Below are positions 13,541 to 24,519 of a stretch of 64,000 nt of DNA, one piece after another. The DNA is from Amoebidium appalachense. Lineage: Eukaryota; Protista; Ichthyosporea. A program made the position numbers and the translations under genes. Where the stretch lies: contig CAVNZM010000007.1 of assembly GCA_963693365.1 (NCBI GenBank), positions 4,585,962 to 4,649,961 on the forward strand, in the 5' to 3' direction. The number at the start of each line of letters is the position of its first letter. Position 1 is the first letter of the stretch. A model generated the notes under the pieces. The model was given only the letters and a program-made list of their open reading frames with translations, was not told the origin of the DNA and made no database searches.

Positions 13541-15266
13541 ATGGGCTCGCAGGTCGACCCAGCCCCAGCCACGGCCCCCGAGGCTGCCGAGGGCGCAGCA
13601 GGGGAGCAGGAGGAGGCCGCGGCCGACGCACCAAAGCGCCGAGGCCGCCCGGCCAAGAAAGCCACAGGCCAGGCCCCGGCAGCCAGATCGCAGGACCACA
13701 GCCAGGCTGAGAAGCGCGGGCGGGGCCGGCCCAAGGGCAGTGCCCAGGCAGGGGCCAAGCGCAAGGAGGCAGAGGCCGGGCTGTCGGAGGAGGAGCCGCC
13801 CAAGAAGGCGCGCACAGAGGGCGGCCGTGCCGTCAAGGTGGCCCCAGGTACGTGCCGGGGTGTGCAGCTGGGGGGAGGGGGGGGTTGGGGCTGACTGTCG
13901 GGCAGCGGCAGCACCGAGCGTGGTGGGGCAGCACCCGTCACACGGACAGGCAGGGGGCACGGTGCTGACGTTCGGCATGGGCGAGAACGACCAGCTGGGC
14001 TACGAGGCCGAGGAGCGCAAGAAGCCCCACGTTGTCGACCGCCTGCCGGCCTCGGGGGTGCGCCAGGTCTGCTGCGGGGGCCTGCACACGGCTGCAGTGA
14101 CCATGGACGGCAAGGTGTGTCCCTGCCCGTCCCACGGCCACACGGGGGGCTGCTGCTGACGGCCGGGGCCGCAGGTTTTCACGTTTGGCGTCAACGACGA
14201 GGGCGCTTTGGGCCGTGGGGGCACGGAGGCTGAGGTGACTCCCATGGAGGGGCCCATAGCCAGCAAGGTGGCCGTGCAGGTGGCCTGCGGGGACAGCCAC
14301 ACCACGGTGCTGTGTGACGACGGCTCCGTGTGGGGCTCTGGCATCTACCGGGTACATGCCTAGGGTACCGGGGCTGGAGGGGTGGGGGGGAGGGCTGACA
14401 GACAGGGGCTGCAGGACGCGCAGGGCAAGATGGGGTTCAGTGTGGCGCACGGGCCTGGGGTAGTTGCTGCGGTGGCCGAGCAGATGGCAGCCGGCAGCGC
14501 CAGCAACCCGTTTGTGCGCATAGTCGGGGGGGTGGACCACACGCTGGCGCTGACCCAGCACGGCCACCTGTACTCGTGGGGCTGCGGCGAGCAGGGCCGT
14601 CTGGGCCGTCTGGGCCGGGTGTCGGACCGCCACCGCCTGCAGGCCTACTTGATGCCTGGCCGCGTGACCCTGCGCCTGCCCTCGCGCACCCCCGCCGATG
14701 GGCGACGCATAGTGGACGTGGCCGCCGGGGCCTACCACTCTTTTGCCATCATGGGTGACGGCACCGTCTACGCCTGGGGCGCCAGCATGAGCGGCCAGAC
14801 CGGGCTGCAGGGGGCTCGCAACGTGGCCATGCCCGAGCGTGTGGACAGCCTGGCTGGGCGGCACATAGTGGCCATGGCGGCCGGCAACCACCACTCACTG
14901 GCCCTGGACAGGGAGGGCCGCGTGTGGTCGGCCGGCAAGGGCACGGGAGGGGTGCTGGGCACGGGCAGCGAGCAGCACTCGCTGGAAGGCAACGACGAGG
15001 ACTCGCCCAACCGCTGGTTCGAGGTCAAGGGCGACCTGGAGGGCCAGCGGGTGTCCGCCGTGGCCTGCGGGTCCGAGTGCTCGTATGCCTTGACGGCCGA
15101 GGGTGTGCTCTATGCCTGGGGCTTTGGCGAAAACAAGCAGCTGGGTACGGGGGAGGACGACCCTGAGCTGGCGCCTGTGCGGGTCAACGGCAAGGAGCTG
15201 GAGGGCCGCAAGATACTGGCTGTCAGTGCTGGGGGCCAGCATGTGGCCCTGCTGGCCCAGCCGTAG
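13541..15266 (+). CDS. RCC1: RCC1 (regulator of chromosome condensation / Ran-GEF-like) with two N-terminal AT-hooks; exons 13541-13847, 13906-14114, 14175-14351, 14415-15266
   Basis: RCC1 repeats (VLTFGMGENDQLG, CCGGLHTAAVT, VFTFGVNDEGALGR, ACGDSHT, GVDHTLALT...YSWGCGEQGRLG, AGAYHSFA, AGNHHSLAL, WGFGENKQLG, SAGGQH). GT-AG introns carry GCTGAC branch points. Confidence 0.92.
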
Positions 15267-15439
15267 CAGGGGTCTTTATTGGCTAGCGGGCACCATGTGC
15301 GCCCAGTAGTAACTAAGTGTAATAATATGATACAATGGCCTGGCAGGGTTATCACATAGGCCCGATAAAGTACGACCAAACACATCAATAAACACTGGCC
15401 CACTGTTCATTCACGGCGCATGGCACACCACGGGGCAGG

Positions 15440-15589
15440 TCACAGGGCGGCCCTAATGATTGCAGCCAGGGTTGCCTTAGGCAGGGGCAGGGTGTTGCCC
15501 TTCATGCTGGACGACACGGCCGCCTTGCCCACCACCTCCTCCACGTGCTCCGGCCCCACCCCTGTCCTGACCGTCAGATACCACCCCCC

Positions 15590-15620
<31 letters not shown>

Positions 15621-18600
15621 ACACGGAACACACACACCACCACCGCCCGCACTTTCTGCCTACCGTAGTGAGACAGGGGGGCCACGTTGAGCTCCCGACC
15701 CACGGCCTGGACCCAGTGCACAAAGTCATCCACCGTGGCCTGCCCACACTGCTGCGCCACCTTGGGGGGGTTCATGCTGTTAGCCTGCCCCCCATGCATC
15801 CACACACACAGAACACACCCTCACTCCGTGGAGCCTTTTGGGTGATTCTATACAGCTGCAAGACTCAAGGCGGCACCAACCAGTAGCAGTTAACCACGTG
15901 GCATATTAGAAATATAGCTGCCATAAGAGAGAACGTACAACTGTTAGGCACATTAGCATATAGGCACCATGCTATGGATTGGGTATCAGCACTTCGTATG
16001 GCACAATGTGCCGTGTTAAAGCCGATCGTTTCTTTGGTACCATCTCCGGACACACCGTGTGACTGTCCAACAACCGCCCTTGCTCGAGCTGTCATGCACA
16101 TAGCCCCTACCTCGCTGCACTTATGCACATAGCCCCTACCTCGCTGCACTCATGCATATAGCCCCTACCTCGCTGCACTCATGCACATAGCCCCTACCTC
16201 GCTGCACTTATGCACATAGCCCCTACCTCGCTGCACTCATGCATATAGCCCCTACCTCGCTGCACTCATGCACATAGCCCCTACCTCGCTGCACTCATGC
16301 ACATAGCCCCTACCTTGTTGCACTCATGCACATAGCCCCTACCTCGCTGCACTCATGCACATAGCCCCTACCTCGCTGCACTCATGCACATAGCCCCTAC
16401 CTTGTTGCACTCATGCACATAGCCCCTACCTCGCTGCACTCATGCACATAGCCCCTACCTCGCTGCACTCATGCACATAGCCCCTACCTTGTTGCACTCA
16501 TGCACATAGCCCCTACCTCGCTGCACTCATGCACATAGCCCCTACCTCGCTGCACTCATGCACATAGCCCCTACCTCGCTGCACTCATGCACATAGCCCC
16601 TACCTCGCTGCACTCATGCACATAGCCCCTACCTCGCTGCACTCATGCACATAGCCCCTACCTCGCTGCACTCATGCATATAGCCCCTACCTCGCTGCAC
16701 TCATGCATATAGCCCCTACCTCGCTGCACTTATGCATATAGCCCCTACCTCGCTGTACTTATGCATATAGCCCCTACCTCACTGTACTTGGCCAGCATGG
16801 CGCTGTTAGACACGGGGTCTTGCTGCAGGGCCGCCACATTTGCAGCCACCACGTGGGGCAGCAGCACCGCACACACGGCCCCATGCGGCGCAGTGGGGAA
16901 CATGCCCCCCAGCACCCCTGCAGCCCCCGTGTGAGTGTCTGCTCCTGCAAGCCAGCCAGCCAGCCAGGCAGGCAGGCAGGCAGGGACCTGCAAAGCCATG
17001 CACGGCACCCAGCTTAGCGTTGGCCAGGGCCAGACCCCCCAGAAGGCTGCACAGCGCCATGTCCTGCGCCCCGATCAGCACCCTCCATTTGATTGGCTGG
17101 TTAGGCCTGGGGCCAGGGCAGGGCTAGCAACTGACAAGAACCTGTTGGTGTGCATAGCCCACCACCCAAATGGAACAACTGCACCATCAGACCCCACATA
17201 GCAGAACCACACCAGGTACGATAGACCCACCACCAATTGGTCAATGAACCAAGTTACTGTGTGGTGATAAAAAGCATAGGCCCTCTCAGTCGGCCATACA
17301 GACTTAAAGGGTTTCTTTTAGGCCAGTTTCTGGGCCCTAGTGGGTCAGGCAGGTGCGCTTCGTGCTAACCATATGGCCTAAAACCGTTCAAGCCTGACCC
17401 GACCCGGAACTCTAAATTGATAAAAAGAAACCTTTTACCAACACGCTCTCTTTGGGGTGCTGGGTATCGATTCTGCAGGCCACTGATGTCATTGAATTGC
17501 TTCACTCGAAATCAATGGCATGAGAAATGCCCTATGGCGCCGCATTGCGCAGCGGGGTTACCAACATGTGGTATGGCAGTGGTGTTGACGTGTTAGATGC
17601 AGGCAGAATATGTGTGCGGGTAGGTCATTGTCATGTCGAGATGATGAGTGTCCAACATCACGAAAAAGCAATGGGCATTTCAATAATTTCCATAATATTC
17701 ATCACTGCATCACGAACTGGCAATGGGCATTTCAATAATTTCCATAATATTCATCACTGCATCACGAACTGGCAATGGGCATTTCAATAATTTCCATAAT
17801 ATTCATCACTGCATCACGAAATAGCAATGGGCATTTCAATAATTTCCATGATATTCAACACTGCATCACGAACTGGCAATGGGCATTTCAATAATTTCCA
17901 TAATATTCATCGCTGCATCACGAACTGGCAATGAGCAATTCAATAATATCCGATAATATTCATCACTGCATCACGAAATAGCCATGGGTATCTTAATGAT
18001 ATCTTCGCCACACCGTGGTCGCCAATCATGTGGACCTGGCACAACTGTCTATGCTCTTGGTCAATGATGTTGGCCCGCAGGAAGAATTAGAACCTGTAAC
18101 CTCAAATGCTTGCAGTGTGCACGGGCCAGAGCAGACACAAGCAAGGGCCAATCAGTGATCCTCGCAGGCCCATGTGCATGCACTGTGCCCGCATGCATCA
18201 CACCATGTGTGCATCCCGACCTGCCCACCCCAAGGCATAGGCACGAGGCAGGCAGCAACAGGGGGCATCTGGCATAGGGCAGCAGGCAGGCACAACGCCT
18301 ACCTGGCGGGCATCGATGTTGCTGCCGTCACGGAAGGCCGCCACCAGGGACCGGGCACCTCTGCGCAGGCCCTCCCGGCACAGCGCATCGGTCATGGGCT
18401 GCAGCGCAAGTCAGCCAGTGCACACTGCATGTGGCCAGCACCACACCACATGGCCTATCAGGGCCCAGCACCACATCACGTGGCCAATCAGGGCCCAGCA
18501 CCACACCACGTGGCTAATCAGGGCCCAGCACCACACCACGTTGCCAATCAGGGCCCAGCACCACACCACGTGGCCAATCAGGGCCTAGCACCACACCACG

Positions 18601-19584
18601 TGGCCGATCAGGGCCCAGCACCACACTACGTGGCCAATCAGGGCCCAGCACCACACCACGTGGCCAATGTGGCCAATCAGATCCCAGCACCCAGATAGGG
18701 CAACAAATTGCCGCAAACAGACTGTGCTGTGGCTGCAGGGTGTGGCTGGAATGTGCCAGTCTATGTGGCCGGCGCCAAGCACAGGCCCCGTGCATTGGTG
18801 GTCTCATGTTGCCCGGGGGGAGAGGAGAGGGAGGAACATGGGGTTGTGTGTCACATTTGCCATATGGGGGGATTCAGCTGCAGTATGAGCGGAGTCATTT
18901 GCCCGGAAGGGGGGAGAGGGCGGGGGGGAATACATTTGCCATAGGGTCGCATTTCATAGGGGGGAACACATTTGCCATAGGGTTGCATTTCATAGGGGGG
19001 AATACAATTGCCATAGGGTTGCATTTCATAGGGGGGAGGGATTACATTTGCCATGGGGGGTTCTATGCAGAAGGGAGAGGGGTTACATTTGCCATATGCC
19101 TTTTTTTTTGGGGGGGGGGGGGGGGGTAAAAATGCCATTGAGGGGGGGGGAGGGGGGGTTACATTTGCCATGCAGGAAACGAAGGGCTCCAGACACTGTA
19201 GGGGTTAGGCAGCGGTCAGCCAGGCAGCCAGGCAGGCTTATATGAGGGGTGGGTAAAAGGCCTGGGTGAAGGCACCCAGGCAGACTTATAAATAATGGGG
19301 GGGGAAAAGACCTGGGTGAAGACACCCAAGCAGGCTTATAACTAATAAGGGGGGTTAAAGACCTGGGTGAAGACACCCAAGCAGGCTTATAACTAATAAG
19401 GGGGGTTAAAGACCTGGGTGAAGGCATCCAGTCCAGTGGCTGCCGTCACGGCCGGAGGACACCTGCAAGCATGGCACCCAATCAGATAGGAGAAGGGGGT
19501 CGTGGGGTTCGACCACACCCAGCGCACATGAACACAAACACAGGTGCAATCACACACGCACACACACCAACACACAGACACACG

Positions 19585-19639
<55 letters not shown>

Positions 19640-21121
19640 ACAGACACGATGGCAGGCACACACGTGACAGTCAGTAGGGGGTCGACCAATGCCACTGCCG
19701 GCAGCATGTGGGGGCTGCGCACGGACGCCTTGACCCCGTGCTGGGGGGATGCCAGCACCGAGTTGCGCGTCACCTCGGCCCTGTGCCCCCGTCAGCCTCT
19801 CCCCCCTCCCCGCCCCCCCCCCCCCCGGGCCTGGGCCCAACCAGGACCCACCCTGTGCCTGCCGTGGTCGGGATGGCCACCAGCGGCAGGGTGGGCCACC
19901 GCACAGCCGCCCCGGCACCAATAACCTCCATCTGAAGCCACGGTCAGCAACACCAGGCCCACCTGGGGGGGGTCAGACAGTCCGGGGGGGGGGGGGGGGG
20001 GGGGGGGTGCACAAAGATAGTCCAAGGGGTGGGGTGGTACACACATACACAAAGAGAGGGCCGGGAGGGGGAGAAGAGAGGGAGGGGACGAACAAGGCCC
20101 GGGGGGACGGGGGGAAGGGGGGGAGACGCAAATAGGCCGGGGGGGAGAGGGGGGGGGGGGGGGGGGGGGGAGGGGAGGGGGAGGGGGCATGCAGATCGTC
20201 CAGAGAGGAGGAGGGGGAGAGAGGGGGCGGCAATCATTGTAGGAGCTAAAGGGGGAGCGAGGCGGGATACACATAGTCCTCGGGGGAACGCACATAGTCC
20301 AGGGGGTCGCCGCCATTAGTGGCCAACATGGCTATGACCTTGGCCACGTCCAGCACCGACCCTGCTGCCCCCTCAGCACCCGCCCGCCTACCTCCCCCCT
20401 CCCCCCCACACACCGCCACCCACCTCCCCCCACGGCCACCACGGCATCTGCGCCTACCGCCTGCACACAAGCTGCGCCCTCTCTGGCCGTGTCCACCGTG
20501 GGCTCCCCGTGCACCTCAAACACCCCGGCCCACTCTGCCCCCACCGTGAGCCCCAGCCCGCCAGCCAGCCCACCCCCCCACCCCCCAGGCCCACCTGTGG
20601 CCGCAGTGAGGGCGCCATAGCGACTGCGGCTGCCCGTCACCAGCAGCGGTCGGTGGGCCTGCAGGTCCCGCAGCAAGCCCGGCCTGCAAATGATATGTAC
20701 ACGTGTGTATGTGTGTGTTTGAGAGGGGGAAGGGGGGGGGGGGGGGGGGGGGGGATGTGGGTGGTTGGATGGGTAAGCAGTCAAGTGCATGGGTGGGTGG
20801 GGCTGTGTGTGGGTATGTGTGTGGGTAGCGCAAAGCCCGCGGGTGCATACAGCTTGGGTGTTTACTAGTGAGCCGTGCCTGTCTGGTCGCACCTGAGTAC
20901 CTGCTCCACCCTTCCATATCCCCCACACGGCCCTCAGCCAGCTGCACAGCACAAGGAGCTTTGCAGACCTTCAGCCACACCCTTGAACCAGGTGCACGTG
21001 CTGAGAACGCGCAAGGCAAAGGCAAGACACACGGGTGCACTCACAGGTGTTTGGCCGCTACGCCGCAGCCAAAGACTATCCTGCCGGCGGTGGCAAACTC
21101 AAAGGCCAGTGTGTCGGTCAT
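15440..21121 (-). CDS. iron-containing alcohol dehydrogenase, ~13 exons
   Basis: Spliced: MTDTLAFEFATAGRIVFGCG...GEPTVD...AVGG|GSVLDVAK...GGDPLDY|MEVIG...AIPTTAGT|GAEVTRNSVL...VDPLLT...GLDAFTQ|CLEPFVSCMAN|PMTDALCREG...|DMALCSLLGGLALANAKLGAVHGFA|GVLGG...PHGAVCAVLLP...SSMKGN...AAL*. Confidence 0.93.
16093..16789 (-). repeat. 29-bp minisatellite x24 whose unit is the ADH exon end plus 5' splice site
   Basis: Sense unit RAGTRCAGCGAG|GTAGGGGCTATRTGCAT. The first copy is the real junction (exon ends at 16778). Confidence 0.95.
17656..17990. repeat. 52-bp AT-rich tandem repeat x~6.5 in an ADH intron
   Basis: GCAATGGGCATTTCAATAATTTCCATAATATTCATCACTGCATCACGAACTG; period 52 (17668, 17720, ...). Confidence 0.9.
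18435..18692. repeat. 30-bp tandem repeat x~8 (CACGTG+CCAAT unit) in an ADH intron
   Basis: Unit GGGCCCAGCACCACACCACGTGGCCAATCA. Confidence 0.92.
18853..19172 (-). repeat. dispersed echoes of the junction ATGGCAAAT|GT in an ADH intron
   Basis: Plus-strand ACATTTGCCAT-like copies at 19161 (true junction), 19085, 19044, 19004, 18968, 18932, 18853, with a partial copy at ~18896. Confidence 0.85.
19232..19430 (-). repeat. 51-bp tandem repeat x4 spanning an ADH exon/donor junction
   Basis: CTTCACCCAG|GTCTTT junction copies with donors at 19413 (real), 19362, 19311, and a GC variant at ~19261. Confidence 0.92.
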
Positions 21122-21447
21122 GCTGGCGGTCGTGCGGCCCCGAGGGCAGACAGCAAAGGTGTCTCTGCGTGGTCGGGCGAGGGGCTGGGCGTAGGCTGTA
21201 CGGTGTGTCGCAGGGTGGCCTATGGGCCGGTATCAGCAGCGCACTTGCAAGGCGGTGGTCGGGGCGTGGGACACACTGGGCTGGGTCTTATGCGCAATGC
21301 ACAGGGGGCTGAGGAGGTGCCGGTTACGTAACAACAGTTCGTGGAGTCACGGAAGCACGGGGTGCTGCGCATATATGTAGCATGGGGCAGACAACAGGGT
21401 TCGAAGTGGTTACCGTCATCTGACCGTCATCCCCGTGCCGCTCTCTG

Positions 21448-21543
21448 ATTGGATGTTTATTAATTTGGCGCTAGCGCCAGCCAACTACAGAGGGGCAGCT
21501 TCTGTGCTCTTGTCTTTTTAGGTGGTCATTGTCCCATATATGG
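21448..21543 (-). promoter_or_regulatory. ADH promoter: CCAAT, TAATTTGGCGC, CArG box
   Basis: ATTGG at 21448; TAATTTGGCGC at 21461 (identical 11-mer at 13321); CCATATATGG at 21534. Confidence 0.5.
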
Positions 21544-22054
21544 CAATGTACACATCAAGGCCGAGCAAATGCTGGCTGTCAGTGTAGGACTAGGGAGGTC
21601 TTGCGAGAGACTCACTCAGGAATAAAATCAATATACCTTGAGTGACTGGCCGGGCGGAAGGGGGAATGTACTGTTTATTTGTGGCATGGCCTGGGCCGCA
21701 CTGAATAGACCTGGCTGTGCCTTTGCATGTGGCCTCTTGTACCTTCCTTGGGCCTGGCGTCACAGACCCACGGCCGGCCATGGCTTCAGCCACGGCCGGC
21801 CATGGCTTCAGTGGCTGACGGTACAGCAGGGGGACGTACCAGGCTTGTGTTTTCTTGCCCTATCTCCATTATCGAACGAATAGGCCCATGCTATTATTAA
21901 GATCAGAGCGTAGAAAACAACATGCCGCATTGAAATTAACATCCACACTGTAACTGTGTTGTTTTCTAATTATCTTTACTTTGTATGTTATATGTTTCGT
22001 TGCTGCCTCTGTGTATGTGTTTGTGTGTGTGACTTTGTGTGCCTTTTTTTGATG

Positions 22055-22093
<39 letters not shown>

Positions 22094-22299
22094 GTGTGTG
22101 CGTGTGTGTGTGGGCACGTATGGGGTGCGTGTGTGTTTCTGTGTGTGCCTGTGTATGCGTGTGCGTGTGTGCCTGTGTGCACGTGTGTGTGTTCGTGTGT
22201 GTGTGTGTTCGTCGTGTGTGTGGTTTGTGCGTGTGGTACATGTGTGAGCTGTTTGTGTGTATATGTGTGTATGTGCGCGCATTCTTCCTTTTTTCTTTC

Positions 22300-22352
<53 letters not shown>

Positions 22353-23379
22353 GGTTTGGAGGGGGCTGCCCCAAAGTGTAACTGCACCCCAAGAGGGGGG
22401 GGGGGGGGGGGGGGGGGGGGGGATTCCCAGGACAGCGGAGTCACGTGTCACAAATAGAAATTGTGTGTGTGTACGTGCCTGTGTACGTGTTCGTGAGTGT
22501 CGGCGAGGGAAGCACTGTAGTAGACTTTGGCCGGCAGGCAAACCTTCAACCCCACTGCAAGTGATGCGTCGGCCGCTTGGGGCCCGAACCTTCACAACCC
22601 ACTGAATCCGATGACGGCCACGGGGCTGTTCAGGGTGTGCTTGGCCGAGCATTCTAGCCCAGGGTGTTTAAGCCCTGGGCACCGCCGTGTTTAATTCGAC
22701 CGCCTAGGGTCGGGGCACCAAGTGCACAGCGAGCTTTAGGGCAGCTCAAGGCCAAGAAGCCTCGGCATATTTTAGAGGAGTAAATCCAGGACACAAAATG
22801 AAGCATTTGGTGGGTGTGCTGACTAGGTTGAAACAGAAAGTCGCCACTATAGTGCAAGTCTCACCCCATCACGTACGGCCACAGTGAAACCGCAGGCCGC
22901 ACCTAGCACTTGCCACATATGGTCGTCCATAGCCTTATATGGCATGGTGCGGGATTAGCCAATAGTAACTTAGACAAGTGAGCCAATAGGAATTGCTTTA
23001 TTGTGATGGGCCCATGGGACTTATTCTCCTCTCCCGGGAATCATCATCGTGGGAACTCCTCCGAGACACACGGCTGACAGGATCAGTTGTACGTTGTGTT
23101 AATAGACGTCAGAGCTATCACACTCCACTGCGCCCCTCTGTGAGTACCACTTTTCAGTTCGTTGCCTGCTCACCGGTAGACTCGAAGGGACACGATCTTG
23201 CTGGTGCCGTGGAGCTGCACGTGCAAACCCCCACAAGATGGGGACTGGACGCACACACAAGCACAGTGCTGCCTACTGCCCCCATTACGACTAGACTGAT
23301 GTGTTATGAGATGGCAGAAATGTAAAAACATGTTCAAAGGCCAGCCTGCTTGGTCGGCAATCATTGTGCTGGTGCCCAG

Positions 23380-23862
23380 ATGTATGACTATATGTATGAA
23401 TATATGTATGACTATATGTATGACTATATGTATGAATACGGTATGAATATATGTATGAATATATGTATGAATATATGTATGACTATATGTATGAATATAT
23501 GTATGACTATATATGAATATATGTGTGAATACGATACGAATATATGTATGACTATATTTATGAATATATGTATAACTATATGTATGAATATTCGGACTAC
23601 ATGTATGAATATATGTATGAATATATGTATGACTATATGTATGAATATCTGTATGACTACATGTATGACTATATGCATGAATATATGTATGAATAGATGT
23701 ATGAATAGATGTATGAATATATGTATGAATATATGTATGACTGTATGACTATATGTATGACTATGTATGACTATATGTATAAATATATGTATGACTACAT
23801 GTATGACTATATGTATGAATATACTGTGTATGACTAAATGTATGAATATATGTATGACTATC
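23380..23862. repeat. 12-bp AT-rich minisatellite (TATATGTATGAA/TATATGTATGAC)
   Basis: About 480 bp of degenerate tandem copies. Confidence 0.9.
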
Positions 23863-24488
23863 CAGTAGTTGGGATGCTTGATTTGGAAACTGGGAGTGGG
23901 GGAGGGGAGCGGGGCTGGGGAGTAACTTAGGGGGAGGAGAGTGGGGGCACCAGCCGCCCCCATCCTTTGGACAGGTTGGGGGCCGGGCGCGGGGGGGGGG
24001 GGGGGGGGGGGGGGGGGAGGGGGGGGAGAGGAGGGGGAGGGGGGGGGGGGGAGAGAAATCCAACTGCCCTTCTGGCTAGCACTGGGAGGGGGAGGGGGGA
24101 AGGGGGTGACGGGGGGGAGGGGGGGGAGAGGGGAGGGGACCCACCACCCAGGTGAGTCACCCAGATGAAGCATCACGGTCGTGCATCCAAGCCAAACTGC
24201 ATTCGGTACTGTTCACCAATCATCTCGAGGCACACAGCTGACAGGTCTCAGTCCGTACAGTCTGCGCATTAAAGTGCTACTTTTACGTTCTAGCCCCCCC
24301 CCCCCCCCCCCCCCCCACCCTGCACTGAGTCACGGTTGAGTATGAGTGTGCTATGACTTAGCAGCGGTTTATGTGCATTCCCAAAGATGTAGGCATGGAA
24401 GGCTTTCCTCGGTCGCCTGAAACAAACTTAGTAAGGCTACACGTTACCGGCCTGCGCTCCGGCCTGCCTGCCCCCCCCCCCCCCCCCC

Positions 24489-24519
<31 letters not shown>

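Noticed and set aside
16093-19172. CRISPR-like repeat arrays
   Set aside because: The units are head-to-tail or have low-complexity, related spacers, there are no cas genes, and the context is eukaryotic introns.
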